From: Camelus ferus
Taxonomy: Eukaryota
Reading direction: 5' to 3'
NCBI RefSeq assembly: GCF_009834535.1
Contig: NC_045696.1
Span: 54,004,001 to 54,068,000 of the forward strand
DNA length: 64,000 nucleotides
A program made the translations under genes and the position numbers. The notes under the pieces were generated by a model that was not told where the DNA came from, did no database searches, and was given only the letters and a program-made list of their open reading frames with translations. Shown here one piece after another: positions 46,941-60,779 of the stretch. Position 1 is the first letter of the stretch. Each line of letters starts with the position of its first letter.

Positions 46941-48473
46941 TTCCCCATCTCCACACTCCTTTAGGAAGTATTATGTCACTGACTAATTATTTCTAGAACT
47001 TTTCATCTTCTTAGTAGGATTAATTTTTGTTTGTATTAAATCACATTAACATATTTAAATAACTTTAAATTTTAATATAATGAAATTTAATAAACAAATA
47101 GAGAAATAATTTGTTTCATGATTTTAATTTGTCTTCTCTCTCAATCCTGTATTGCCAAACTGAAGAGTAATAATTATCTTCATTTATGCTCAGGAGTATT
47201 TCTTATTTTCCTTGGTCATTTTTATTGGATTTTACAGAAAGTTCTCTCTGGTTTATATATCTGTGCTAAATCATATCTTTCTTGAAGAGTGGAGACATGA
47301 ACTTTGTGAGAAATTTAAAGTATAAACTCCACATTTCACAGATGTTAAGGAGAACTGTGTTTTTCCTAAAATTCCTCCTATTTAGTTAATCAATTATATC
47401 TACAGGAAATCATTCTTCTAGGTACTTTCCAGTTTTCTGTTTCAATTCTTATTATTTAAATTTATCATCATAGAGAAAAATCTGAACTTTGCACTTTCTT
47501 CTAGAACTCTAACTCTTTACTGCTTAGTCAAAATCATGCTTACCTGTTTTCTTTTTCTCTTTTTCCCTTCCCACTGTGCACTGTGAAATCCGTGCTCTAC
47601 TGGGAATAAATGTCTTTATCTTTCACCTTTTCCTAAAGCAGTCCTTCTACAGGTGCTCTAGGTTTGGCATAAATGAAATTTAGCATCAGGGTTTATTCTG
47701 TTATTGTAATTTGCCTAAGAAAGATCCACGAGCTAACAAAAGCACAAAGAAAACAGATGACGGTGGTGGAGCAGAACTAAGAGATGGTAAATTTGATGGT
47801 GGTGGCAACAGTACAGGTGGAGAGTAGGGAGTAGTGAGGGATTGAGTTAGGAATCAATGTTGGTAGTTTAATTATTGTGGGGGAAAGCAATCCAAAACCC
47901 AGGACTAAAGTTTTAATGGAAGGAGGCAAATGGCAGTTTTGTAACTAAAAGCAAAGTACATAAAAATACTAAGTTAATCCTCACAGTAATTCTCTGAGCT
48001 ATGATATTCCCATTTGGTAGATGAAGAAGATAGAGAACAGAAAAACAAAGCAACACATCTAATGTGATACAAACAGCAAGCAGTCAAGCTGGGATGGGAA
48101 CTGGAAGAGTCTTCGGCATTGCAGAAAGAATCAGCAGTATCTAGAGAATCCTATGGACCAAGCAGTATCACTGTTGACTTGAACAGTGACACTGAAGGCA
48201 TCAATGGTAGTCCTCCATTCCAGCCTACCCTAAAGATATTCTGCCATTTTAAGACTAGCTCTTAGACAACCTGCACCATGATGCTCCAAGACCATCTATT
48301 TAATAAAATCCTCTTCAGGAGCATCTGTTCCTCTTCCCTCAGACTCACAGGGTCAGAAGGACATGGTGGTCAGGATGCTTACTCCTTGTTCTTTACCACC
48401 ATAAGCAGTCATTGGCTTGACCCATACTACTATCTTCTCCTCTTCTGAGATTAACCACATTCACTTGTACTAA

Positions 48474-48931
48474 CATGGTAGCCATGAAAATGAGCTGCTT
48501 TGATCTCCTGCTGCAGAAAGTACAGTTGACCGACAGTCTTAGCTGTTCTCCTCTGGAAACACTGTATTTCACCAAAACTACCCTTTCCAAGGGCTGCTCT
48601 CAGCCAAAGATGGAACATGGTGATGTTACTAACTCACATCCATTTCTGAGGGATGTGGGACTTTTCCAATAGGTGACTCTGAGCCAAAGAGTACCCATCA
48701 GTATGGCCAAAACATTTTTAGAACTGTACTAACAGTCTGAGAGTCTCCCTCTCCAATCCTTCTTCCTTTTCTTTCATAGATGTCAAACTTGCATTGTGGT
48801 ATAAAGGCTTTTCCCATCTCTTCAGGTCCCTTCATCTCATCCTTTCCCTATTTCCTTCAAAGATGTTTCAAAAAAATATTCTTACATATCTAAACCCATT
48901 CATCTGCTTCTTGGAAAACCCAAACAATTAC
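48474..48931 (+). mobile_element. ERVL solo LTR (LTR16B-like)
   Basis: 'gatctcctgctgcag...gggctgctctcagccaa...ttagaactgtactaacagtctgagagtc...catctgcttcttggaaaacccaaac'. Confidence 0.7.
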
Positions 48932-49139
48932 CGAATCCTTTCCTGTCCCTCACACTGTGTCTCTACGACCCTTCTCGATGGCCTCAGACTCACAAGTGTT
49001 CTGTATGTTTCTTCCACAGTCATTATTCTATTACTGATTTTTCTGTTATTTCCACTCACAATTTTCTCAAACCCCAATCATAATATAGGTCTCTCCATAC
49101 TGATATGCGTTCTGGAACATTCTCTCTCTACTTTCAATC

Positions 49140-50880
49140 ATTTGTGAATTTCTTAAACAAACAGTCTATACCTGCTCATTAACAACCATTGTTATCTGGC
49201 TTCTATGCAAACTATTGTCTTGAAGAAAAGTCTTTTCCAAATTCAACAGATATTTCTTCATTTTTATTTTCCTCAAGTTTTATACCGTATTCAATATAAT
49301 GGATCGCTCCCAGTTTGAATTTGTCTAGTCCCCTGGCTTTTGTAGAATTCTTGTTTATGATTTTTTTTCCTACCAATTCTATGATATTTCTGTGAATTAA
49401 TTTCCTTCTCTGCAGCTCTAAATGTAAATCATCCTGCAAGAAGTGAAATATCAAGGGAGGTAATAAAAGAGGTGAAAGATGGTAATCTTACTCAGTCCCA
49501 TGGCTTCAATTATCACCCATCATGGATGACTACCAAATCACAATCTCTGGCTTATATTTCTCTCTGAATTGCTGGTTCCATATTTCACTTGCCTGTTGAA
49601 TAGCTACTGTATATTTTAAGCTCCACAAATTCATATTATGCCAAACTGCACTTACTTTATTACTTTGTAAACTTGTTCTTCTTGAATTCATAATTTCTTG
49701 TAATGGGACCATCTTCCTACTCAGCTTCCCACTTGAATCTTTACTTAATTTGTGACTGTTCTCCTGACCACAACTGACCACCCACCACAACTCCCTTCTC
49801 TTACCTAATCCAGTTAGGTCAACAAGAAGCATTGTCCTGTAATAACTCCAGATTCCAGGCTCCTTTCCATTTCTACTACGACTTCCCCAGTTCAGGTCTT
49901 CATTATCACTTAACTAGATATTAAAACAGCAGCTCAGTGTTTTGTTTACTCTGTTTTCTCTCGTAAACAAGCTCATTTACCTTCTAACAATTGCAAAGTC
50001 TTTCTGGAAAAAACTGTTCTAATCATGACATTCTCCTGCTTCTGTTAAACTGTTTCCATGGCCTGTAGCAGTGGACCACAACCTAGTTACCTCAGCATAC
50101 CAGAGTGTTTATTTTGACACATGTCAAAAGTAAATTGCCATCACTTAATAATTAAAATACTGATGTTTGAGAATGACTCACACTAAAAAAATTAGAACAA
50201 ACTCATGACCATCTTTTTTTTTTTTTTAGAAATCACTCTTATTCACTTACATGATATCATTTCTTGAAGAGTTATAATTATTTGTATAAAACTTTTGCTA
50301 TGGCCATATCCTGCATGTTGTAATGTCATCTGTCATGTGTGCTAAGGAAGAAAAATGTTGAGAACGCTTAATCTCCAGGATTGAGGCCAAATTCCCTAAT
50401 CTGACATTTTACAGCTCCTCACAAGTTGGCCCCATCCAAGTTCTCTACTTCTGCTTGCAAAGTCTCTGTGCTAACAAGAAAACTGCGGTAACCACAAAAG
50501 CCTCAATTCCTTATTGCTCACTTACATAATTTATTTTATGCCTTTTTTCTCTTTCCCGCTCTACCTTTGCCATGTTGTTCCCTGTGCTCAGAAAGCTTTA
50601 TTACACAGGCTAAAGGGCAAAAGGTCAGGTGTAAATGTCATCACCCTCATGAAAATTTGACTCTTCTCAAGGTGGAAGTAAGTGCTCTGTACTGTGAAGG
50701 TTAACAGTATTTTACTTCTCTGGTGGATCAGGTAATACTTTCCGCTTAATATTCTAGTTTTAAAAGTAATATTTTCATCATACCCTAGAATATAAGCCAC
50801 CTAAAAGTAGGAACTATTCATCTGTATTCCCCACAATACTTGGCATATGGGTGATGTCCAAAAAATATTAAACAAACAGA
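49140..50880 (+). mobile_element. Long degraded L2, interrupted by a DNA transposon
   Basis: 'cagtcccatggcttcaattatcacccatcatggatgactaccaaatc...ctgaattgctggttccatatttcac...' through tail 'tctgtattccccacaatacttggcatatggg'. Confidence 0.7.
50069..50368. mobile_element. hAT-Charlie-type MER nested in L2
   Basis: Charlie-like termini 'cagtggaccacaacct' ... 'aaaaatgttgagaacgct'; L2 resumes afterwards. Confidence 0.5.
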
Positions 50881-51592
50881 CTTTATAGGTACAGTATAGG
50901 TACTTTGCAAACCTAACACTTTTCCTATATAACACTCCCCCTAACTCATTTATTCAACTATCAAGTCAAACTAATCTTGGTACATTTTTCCCAGGAATAC
51001 CACTGTTACCACTCCTCTATTCGAAGAGAAGAAAATGTACCTTGACACTTAGTTTTCTATTTCTTAACTAAGTTCCATTTTCCTCTCAATCCTCTGATGG
51101 CTGGGATTAAGAAATCTTGTTGTGGAAATGTTTTAATTACAGCACATCTAATGTTCTTATAGATTACCTGAAGAAAAGTTGAGAAGTTGAATATAATTTT
51201 TCTCTTAAAGAATCTCTACTCACCTTCTCATAGCATATGTTTGCAGAATCAAAAAGCCAAATCTCCTGGTTTCCAGCTCAACACAGAGCTCGTTTGCCCA
51301 CTAAATCTACAGCCTGTGCTGGAAGTATGGTCATTTCAACTTGTGTGGGACTGGGCCTGACACAGGGTTGAGGAGGTGCTTTATAAAAGGAAAAGAATTT
51401 CAAAATTGAATCATAATCACATGTCTGCTACTGTAGAGGGCAGAAGGGACCCAGGGAGGTCACTTAATTAATTCTTTTGTCTTGAGGACTGGAATACACT
51501 AACCTTTCCTGAAATAGTGCTTTATTTTCTTTAGTCTGCTAAAAAACAAGGAATCTAGAGTGTATACTATGATTTCATTCTTTTTCCTACAG

Positions 51593-51658
51593 ATTTTACT
51601 TTCCTGTGCTGATGAGCAAAAAGAAAAATTTGTTAACAAGCTTCTTCTGACAGAAGAG
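51593..51658 (+). other. Candidate 66-nt internal exon (ILLSCADEQKEKFVNKLLLTEE in phase 0)
   Basis: Acceptor tttcattctttttcctacAG; donor GAG|GTATGC; length a multiple of 3; only one frame open; no homologue recognised. Confidence 0.25.
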
Positions 51659-52410
51659 GTATGCTGAACCCAATTTCCTGAGTTTGGCATAAAAATTTTT
51701 ATAATTTAATCTATTTGGACTTTCTGTAATTGAAGTGTAGGCATTTTTTTTCCCACCAAAGGAACTTAACTTTCTAAGACTGAAATTGAAAATTTCAATA
51801 AAAAGCAAGAGACACTGTGTTCCTTTGTGAAAAGAGAGAAAAACATCAGAGGCAGAAGCAAAATCTAGTAAAGGTCTGGTGTGCACCAACACCTTCCACT
51901 GCTCCCCAGTGACTGCGAGTTTGGAAAAGCAAAGGTATTTTCCAGGGAAGATAAAATGCTTAAGTTAACTGAAAGCAACTTTTGATTACTTCTCCAAAGG
52001 GGAGATAGAATTCTAAAATCTTCCAAGGTTCTCCTCAACTTAAGCAAGATGCACACGTGTGATAGAGGACATTTAGTATTTAAGATACCATGGAGACTAC
52101 ATTCCTAAAACTGCTGATTCGCAACAGAGGGAAAGGAATTTGTCACAAACATGATTTTCTTGCATTGGCGGGCTTTCATAAATCATCTCTTATTACAGAC
52201 TCCACGGACAAATCTCACAGAAAAGACTGAAGGGCTTTTTCACTCTCCCAATGTTGTTTGTTTCTCAAAGGTAGAAAATATCAGCAGAATTTTCAAGGAG
52301 AAAGGACAGTTTCTGTGCTAAATCTTCCTAGATCATCAAAATAATATGAAAGAATCATGTCTTTGAACACTGTGTACCTGTATACAAGTTTCCTATCTCT
52401 CACTTTCCAA

Positions 52411-52426
52411 CACACACGTGTGCACG

Positions 52427-52457
<31 letters not shown>
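52411..52457. repeat. Interrupted (CA)n microsatellite
   Basis: Direct. Confidence 0.9.
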
Positions 52458-53361
52458 TTATACGGCTCTGTCCTTTGTCAACGAGATCAATATTTCAGAT
52501 CCAAATGAGGTGAGCTCAGGGAAAGAAAGATTCATATTGAAATGTGAAAACATTCCAGGAAGAAAAAGACAGATCTGTTTAAGAGTACAAATACATCCAA
52601 TAAATCATGGTGAGCTTGGTGGGGTGACTGTTCTTCCTTCTGGCAGCTTTGTAATTACTCTCTCAGCACAGCAACAACTTTCTTTGGAAACAGGTACTCT
52701 ATATGCAAGACAATTACAGCACTAGGTATCACCGCTGGTCAAAGCCCAGGGTACAGATGTCACAAGCCATTAGTTAGGAGATATATCTGAGCAGCCTGAA
52801 GTTTATTAAACTCAAGTGCCACTTTTCCTGATCACTTTTCTCAAGGTCTCCCAAGGGCAGTCATTGACTATTTCTAATAGTCTTATCAATCCAGTTTGCG
52901 AATAATTCTCTTCAAGTCCAGGCTTTATGAATTATTAATCTGATCTATGGGATCTGGTAATTCTCAATTCAGCTCCCCCCAAACAATCTTCTAATCCTCT
53001 GTTACAGCTCACAATTGGAAATCCTCAGAAGACACTACAATGAAGAACTTTATTTTGCTTTACCCTATAAGAGTCTGATCAGTCTGGTTTTAGGTTTGTG
53101 CACTCTAGAGTATATCTTGGGAAGTTCAGGTAGACAGAATAATGATACTAAAATGTATAGAAGATATTCTTGATTTTTTTGGCATTCCTGAGACCTTCCT
53201 TCTCTGAAATACCTAAAAAAGTTTCCTTTATACATACTTTTTTCATATTTAAGTATGTAGTATCTTGAATTATTCTCTAATTGGTTTGCATGTAAAAGCA
53301 TCATTTTCCCAATGAGTCTGTAAGGGAAGAGGCCAAGTCTTGAATGGTCTCATTTTACCAG

Positions 53362-53807
53362 CACTTGATGTGCTAGAACTGGCTTGTATAAGCTTGTGAG
53401 AACCAACTTTAAATTTTCAGAAAATTCTGCCAGCTATTAAATTAAAATATACAGATTTACAATCAAATAAATTATGTTAAAAGGAAAGGTAATAAACACC
53501 CAAAACTTATTACTTTCTAATTATTTTACCATATTTTATTACATATAAGGTATATATATATATATATATCCTTGAGCTTATAAAAATCTAATGTATTTTT
53601 ATGTTCAAAATATGATATAATAGAGGGCTATATGCATCTTTTCACAAATTCATGTTTGGTAACTTCACATTCAATGACTTCACCTTGGTAGCCTGAATTA
53701 GCCATGGTGGAAATATTTATACCACAGAAAACAGCCAATACTGGCAATCAGTGTTCTCTCTTTTCTCCCTCAAAACTTGCTATGAAATATTTACCAGCAC
53801 ACCACTG
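53362..53807 (+). mobile_element. MER63B-like hAT-Blackjack DNA transposon
   Basis: TIR-like ends ('tgatgtgctag' ... 'tttaccagcacaccactg'); internal 'aaaggtaataaacacccaaaact...ttggtagcctgaattagccatggtggaaatatttataccac'. Confidence 0.8.
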
Positions 53808-54392
53808 ATCATTATTAAAATCATCCAAGCAAATTAAGGTTCAGAATCATCTTCCATAAAGTGGAAAAGGAAACTACAGTATTAGACAAATCAAACATTG
53901 CCTCACTAACTCTCTCCTCCCCCATTATTCTGAGGACAGCTGTCCCACACACAGCTTTTGCTTGTTGTACCCATCTTCCAGACTGGGCGACCTTGTCGAG
54001 GGTCACTCCTAATCCCAGATGACTGCACCAAGTATGGGCCCCAATCACTATGGCTGGAATTTGGCTTATATGGTCAATATCCTTTCTTGGAAAACTGGAA
54101 CTGGTAAAGTAGGTGACTGAGGTATGAGCCAAATGGCCATGAGATCAAGGATCAAGAACAGAGATGTTGTGGTTTGATAGTTCCTATAGTAATCTTGGGG
54201 AAGATTTTCTGGCTTGCATACACCACAATGAGCTACATGAGCCTCAAAGAATTCCTCAACTGTGGTTTTTTTTTTTTTTTAATTGTTGGACTTCATTTTT
54301 TGTAAAAAGTGAGGACACAATCCCAGTTGTAATGATTAGAAATCTGACTCAGTCATGTGCTTCTGTGAAAACTCCAAATGAGTTCACATTTT

Positions 54393-54622
54393 AATAATAA
54401 TTGCTAACATTCTTTGAGCACTCCCCATAGGCTGAGCACTGCCTGAGGTACTTTATATACTAATTCATTTGACTCTAACAACCTTATAAAGTAGGTGTAA
54501 TTATTATCCCACTTTGCAGATGAAGAAAGAAATTAGCTTAAGTAACTTGCTTGTTCACATGACTAGCAAGTGGTAGGGCTAGGGAAGTCTGGTTCTAGAA
54601 CCCCTCATCTTAACCAGTCCAC
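54393..54622 (-). mobile_element. MIR SINE
   Basis: 'gctaacattctttgagcact...aagtaggtgtaattattatcccactttgcagatgaagaaa...aagtaacttgc'. Confidence 0.75.
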
Positions 54623-55019
54623 AAAAATGTAACCCATGTCAGTAACACATTTAAGCCTCAACAAAGAAGCAACAAAGTCTTAGAAACTTTAGGAACATTG
54701 GTGAGAACAAGGAAAACACCTCCGTGAATGGTGTTTTCAGTTTCTTGATACTTGATTGGCTCCCGGATTTCTGCTTATTGGGGAACTGATAAGAGATTCA
54801 GGAAGATTTCAAAAAATCATATGAATGCTCCAGTTGACCTGAAGATGCATTATTAGAGAGACCACATCCAGGACAGAGGAAAAGGTCTTCCCCATCCACT
54901 CTGGCTGATCAAATATTGCTCACCTCCTACATTTGTTTCCGGGCAGCCAATGAGACATTTGATCAACTGAGTCAACTCAGGAGAGGCCACTCAGGAAAGT
55001 AAAGTGAGGAGACATCTCA

Positions 55020-55355
55020 ACATGAGAAACACTTAATAAGAAAGCAAATGATCATACTTAGCATAGAGAAAAGTTCAAGGATACATCAGAACTATTTGCA
55101 AACATTTGATAAACTGTCATGTAAGAAAGACACTAGACTTACTTTGGCCTAAAGTGTAGAATTAGATTCAACTTGGAAAAGTTAAAGAAGTATTTTTAAA
55201 AAAGAAGACTCTAATGATTAGAGCTATTGGAAAACACAGTGATCTTTATACAGCAGTGAGTCTTCTGTATGACTGGAGGTGTTTCAACAGGGCTGAGTAA
55301 TCCTGAAATAAGGGATTCAGGATGGTCTTTGAGGTCATTTCAAACTCTGATATCC
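55020..55355 (+). mobile_element. L3/CR1 3' end
   Basis: 'ttagcatagagaaaag...aaacatttgataaactgtcatgtaagaa...tagagctattgg...actggaggtgtttcaacag...ggatggtctttgaggtcatttcaaactctga'. Confidence 0.65.
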
Positions 55356-55710
55356 CCCTGTTCTAGGTAGGAAGAGAATGAATTGAGATTGTCACCCCTA
55401 ATTACTCGCAGTCCCATATCTTCAATCACATACAATCTAAGTTTTTCAAAAATAAGCTCCTTGGGAAACCTCTTTTCAAAGGCTCCCCCTGAATAGGCGG
55501 CATGGACAGTGGCGATACAAGAAATGAAACAGAGTGGAAAGAGCTGAAAAAAAGGCAACCTCTGACCTCAGAAGTGGCTGTTTTCACTGCATAATATAAA
55601 ATGTTAGGCAGTTGTGGGAAATGTTACAGGAAAGAATGTCCAATTAAAAAGAAAAAGAGAAAATAGTCAAAGAAGAGGAATACAAGTTAGTCAGTCAGAA
55701 AGACTTCCCA

Positions 55711-56135
55711 CTTTGACTGCAGTATTATGCACAACACCTAAGACGTGGAAACAATCTAAATGCCTACTGACAGATAAATGGATAAGGAAAATGCATATAT
55801 ACACACAGTCCTGCCACATGCAACAATATGGATGAACCTGGAGGGGCAAGATGCTAAATAAAATAAGCCAGTCACAGAAGGACAAATACCGCATGATTCT
55901 ACTTTTATGAGGAATCATAAATATTCAAACTCATAGAAAGAGTAGAATGATCGTTGCCAGGGGCTGTGGGGAGAGGAAAACAGACAGCTGCTATTCAAAG
56001 GGTATTAAGTTTCCATAATGCAAGATAAACAAAGATCTGCGGTATAACACTGTACCTACAGTTAACAACTGTATTGTGTACTTAAAAATCTGTTAAGATG
56101 GCAGATCTCATGTTCAGTGTTCTTACCACAATCAA
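55711..56135 (+). mobile_element. L1MA9/L1MA10-like 3' end
   Basis: 'ggaaacaatctaaatg...atggatgaacctggagg...aaataagccagtcacagaaggacaaatac...gatctcatgttcagtgttcttaccacaat'. Confidence 0.85.
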
Positions 56136-56589
56136 CAACAACAATGAAAGATTTTCAAGTCAATGGTATATCAGTTCCAGAAAATATACCCTGAGGAGTG
56201 GGAATGTAGTGCTTTTCCCATCTGTAATAGGAAAGCTAGCAAAAGGTAGCAACAGAACGTAGTTGCTTTCTCAGTATATTCTTTTTACATCTTGGATGAA
56301 TACTGCATGTAACTGTTATCAAGAGAAGACTAGTTCGCCTCACAGTATTTCTTTGGCCATTTCCTCATTGTCGCTTTTAGCATCTCATTGCTCTGGTCAA
56401 TAATTGTACTGTTGTAGTCACAAGAGTAAATTCTAATTATTTTAAGCCATACATATGGTAACACTTACTTTGACCATATAATCAGAGTTTTTCTGCTGAG
56501 GCTGATATTTATCTGCTGTTGAAAACTGAACAGTTAGTCATCTGATTTGTTGCTTCCCCCTATGCAGGGGGTGGGCTAGATGCTAACTA

Positions 56590-56870
56590 GGAGCGGAGGC
56601 TCTGTGGTTAGACTGCCTGCATTTGAATGCCAACTTGGGCTGGCCTTGGGGAAATTACTTAACTTCCATTTGTCTCATTTATAAGTACAATGGGTATAAC
56701 AGTTATACATATATATGTACATTATATATACTACATAATATTTATAATTAAATATATATAATTGTATATAGTTACATATAAAGGTAAACATTTAAGACAG
56801 TGCCTAGCTATAATCGATAGTGAATAAGTAATAGTAGTAATAATAATAATAGTTATTATTTTATTACTAT
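56590..56870 (+). mobile_element. MIR SINE with internal AT-rich expansion
   Basis: 'ggctctgtggttagactgcctgcatttgaatgcc...ccttggggaaattacttaactt...catttaagacagtgcctagc'. Confidence 0.6.
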
Positions 56871-59446
56871 AACCATCAAATTTAAACAAGCAATTTGTTT
56901 CATCTCACTGATCAGACAATTGAATGATTCCTTCCAGTGTTACAGAGATACAGTCGAAGACTACTTTAACACTTTTCATTAGGCATAGATTGATTTATAT
57001 GTAAACACCAATGGCAATGTTATTGACTTTAATTCATTTTAAACATTGGTAATACTAGATTAAAGAACAGACTGTGGTTATCTCAGATTTGATGAAAATC
57101 TCCATGGAATATTCAAATCAGAAATGATTGCTCCTGCTCAGTGCTCATCATTTTGATGTGAAGTGTCATTGTGCTTCCCAGTACCTGTGTGTTAGCTATT
57201 TGGAGAACAGTAGAGTGAAGTTAAAAATGTCACATTTTATCTTCTTGAGTCCTCTGCAACTCTAATGGCTGAGTAGTGAGGTTGTGATTCGATGACAAAT
57301 GATGATGAGTGATTTGAAATTAGAAAAGTTAAAAGAAAAATTGTTCTTAGAGAATAAAAGCATGCATGTGTATGTACAGACTTACTTGTGCACATTACTT
57401 GACAGTTTGGATTCTGGAACGCGTCTGTGATTTAGAACGCTCTGCTAACATCAGAGCCTTAAGCTTTGTTTTCAAATATAGTATTGGACAGTGCAGATAC
57501 AGAACGTGTTATTAACACAGAGAATGCAACTGGGCAGTACTTTCAGAAGGTGAGATTGGAAGAGTTTGAGGAAAAGAAACCTTGGAACAGGGAAGATGAT
57601 GTGGCTGAACAGAGGGCTATGGTTGTTCTTTAAACACTGGAGATGGAGGAATAATTAATAATACATTAAGCATCATTTTCATTGTGTGGACAGAGAGAAA
57701 GCATACAAAGGGTAATCAGTTGTCATGATAATGTGATTCCTCGCCTCTGCAGTGAGTCCACCTCAAACGGCCTGGTGTGAGTGAGGCAAAGCACCTGGCC
57801 TTGTTGTGATTAGAGAGAAATGCTCTTCAGCAGGAAGCTGGGCATCCAAAATGCCAAGATTAAAAAAAACAAAAAAAGAAACAGACCAAAAAAAAAAAAA
57901 AAAAAAAGAGTCCCACAGTTTAGGCCAGCAGACCTCATCACAAATTCTTTTAGAATGCAGTTCTCTGAAAGAGATCTCTGTTAGCAGTAAGCTGCAATCA
58001 GTCCCCTCGCTCCTGCCCTCTGTCAAGCCATGGATGAATATTCATATCAGGTTATTTTAATCATGTTTTTCTTGATGTGACATAATTCTCCATAATTTAT
58101 TTTCCCATTTTGGGGGTTTAAAAAAAAGCCTCTTTATTTTTATTTTTCCCACTGTCAAGTCCAAACCTTTTTCTTTTTCTTTTCTGGCCCTGAGACTGAA
58201 AAGGACATAGGACGACACAGAGAGGTGACCGCACTGGCATGTTACCGTTGGAAATCAATGCCCACATCCTTGGCCTGATCTTCAGGATGTAATGGTCTGG
58301 AACTCCAAGCTCAGCAGCAAGACATGAGGTACCTGAGGGAATCTAGGGGCCAGAATGTCAGGTTACAGCAGGTCTGTGTGGATCTAATAGTCCAGTGTGA
58401 GGGAGGTTTCCAGAACAGACATATTCTGAGCCAGGCTCAAGGCGGTGTTTCCAGCAGTGAATCTGGAATCCAATGTAAATCCACCATTTTACCACCATTG
58501 TGGGGAAGAGGTGATGGGGAAGGGGGTGGCTTCTGGAGAAAAAGAGAAGAGACAGAGATGAACAGAGAGAGTGAGACAAAGAGAGATATATACTCAACTA
58601 CAAGGACAGACACACACAGACAAACTGAGAGACATAGACAGAGAGAGAAAAATGATTTCTGATGTTTTTCCTGTTTGTTTGTTTGTTTATCCGAACCCTC
58701 AGTAAATCCCTATCCAACGGAGATTTTAGGTTTGGTCAATATTATGTTTACTCTAAGTAAGAACTAGCAAACCCTCTATGGTGGACAAAACTCAAAACCA
58801 AAGAAAAAAGGGTAATATTTTCAAGAAAGATGTCCATTTCACTTTAATTAAGAACTAATACAACTGGAAAGATAGTAATAAACAACAGCACAGAAATCAC
58901 TAGTCTGCGTCTGAATGCTGCTTTTCTCTCATTCCAGAGACACAAGCTCTCCCATGCTATACGCTATGCTCTGACAAGCTGTTTGTGAGAAAGAAACATT
59001 CCCTAGAACCTCAACGAAGAGCAATTTCAGGACCTGGCACTTGCCTCGCTTAACTGTCATTATGAAGTGAATAAAAATCAAATGAAGCAAAGCAGTGCTT
59101 GCCCATATTTTCTGAGCATGGATTCATTATTCCCAGAAGAAAGTACCTGCCTTTCTTTTTATCAGTTGTTAGTTCCCACCTTTCCTGTTTTTTTATTTTT
59201 GTTTTTGCCTTCCCCAAGAGTGTGAGTAGAGAACTCTGGGGCATCATGACAAAAGTTAGGTTCAGTCAGTGCTATACTGATTTCTACTGTTTGCCTGGGG
59301 CCACCACAACACCTGGACAGAATAGGATACTGAAGAAGCTATGGGGCTGTGTAGAGCATCAGAGATGTTCCAGTTTGGACCATAGTGCTCATACCTTTAG
59401 GTGGCAGGCACCATTCAGAAATTCTAGAATACCTGGAATTGACTTT

Positions 59447-59660
59447 TTTCCCCGTCTTTTTTTTTTTTTTTTTTTTGTAATTAAACTATTATTTTTTGGA
59501 GCATTTTAAAATAATTTCGCATTCGTATTTGTATTTATTTTATTTTGGTGGTGAGGTAATCAGATTTTTATTTATTTATTTTAAATGGAGGTGCTGGGGA
59601 TTGAACCCAGGACCCTGTCCATGCTAGCTATGCACTCTGCCACTGAGACGTACTCTCCCC
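59447..59660 (-). mobile_element. Vic-1-type camelid SINE with extended tail
   Basis: Antisense head 'ggaggtgctggggattgaacccaggacc...cactgag'; 24-bp TSD at 59423-59446 and 59661-59684 (2 mismatches). Confidence 0.9.
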
Positions 59661-60779
59661 TCTATAATGCCTGGAATTGACTTTGATGGCCCAGCCCCTC
59701 TCAACCTTAAGTATTTCTTTATTTCTATATTCATCCAAAGTTTATTACTTGCCCACCATTAATCAGACACTATAATATTTGGATTCCGCCGAGAATAACA
59801 CATAACACTTGCATAAGAACAAAGTTTCAAATAAAATCTCTCTAAAATGTCCAACTTCACAGTGCTGCAATATTTGCATTTTGTAGAAAACATTTAAAAT
59901 CCTTTTAGCAAGTGGCATCCATTTTCCTCCATGAACTGCTAATACTGAATTCTTAACAGCTCCCCCAGGGTCTGGGTCCCGCTATGAAGCCTTCAGTGAT
60001 TTCATCATTGTTACGGCACAGTAAACAATCACAGTTTATGCTCATAAGCATAAAACTTTCAATCTATTACTTGTCCTAGTTTCTATATTCTTAAAGATGG
60101 AAAACTTATTTTCCATGCAGTCTGAATGCAAGACAATGCTAAAGTGTTTTATAAATTGGTTTATAACTGCGAATATTGGTATAAACATTCCTAAATTGCT
60201 TTAATGTACAATATCAGCATATGAACTCTTATAGAGACAATTATGCTTTCAAATTTTTTCAGGTTTTTAAGTAAGACACTGACTGTTCTTTTTCTTTGTT
60301 GGAGCTAGTCTTCATTTTTGTTTCCATTTCTTATTCTTTGTTGATAAAGATACCATGTCAGTTTGTCCCTCTTACAAGTAACACTTCTAAACCCATCTTC
60401 AAAATCTTTAATTTCCAGTCTCACTTCCAAACATCTTTTAAAAAAATACACTGCAGATCTCTATTTGAGTCTGGTACACACAAAAACAATCTCATGACAA
60501 ATGTATGAAAATAAATAATATTATGATATATGAATTGATTGTTTTTTTCCCAACTGTAAAATGTATGTTTACAGTTAAAAAAGGGAACAATGAAGATACA
60601 CAAAAAATAAAATTATTATTTAACCTCTTAAATATACATCTCTTATATCAATGAATCTCCCTCTGCTTATTTTTCACACTATTATGGAAATGCTTAAAAA
60701 CCAGCATCTTTAAAAAATTTGTATCATTAAAAGATTATAAAGTTGATACACTTTTTTATTTGAAATTGCTATTGTATCT

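Noticed and set aside
53547..53573. aagg(TA)n-cctt near-palindrome
   Set aside because: Self-complementary TA microsatellite inside MER63
58200..58780. Possible old LTR with a GA-rich tract, and ORF 58324-58662
   Set aside because: Too degraded to assign a family; the ORF tail is simple-repeat derived
60035..60054. 8-bp inverted repeat TTTATGCT/AGCATAAA
   Set aside because: Within chance expectation for AT-rich sequence
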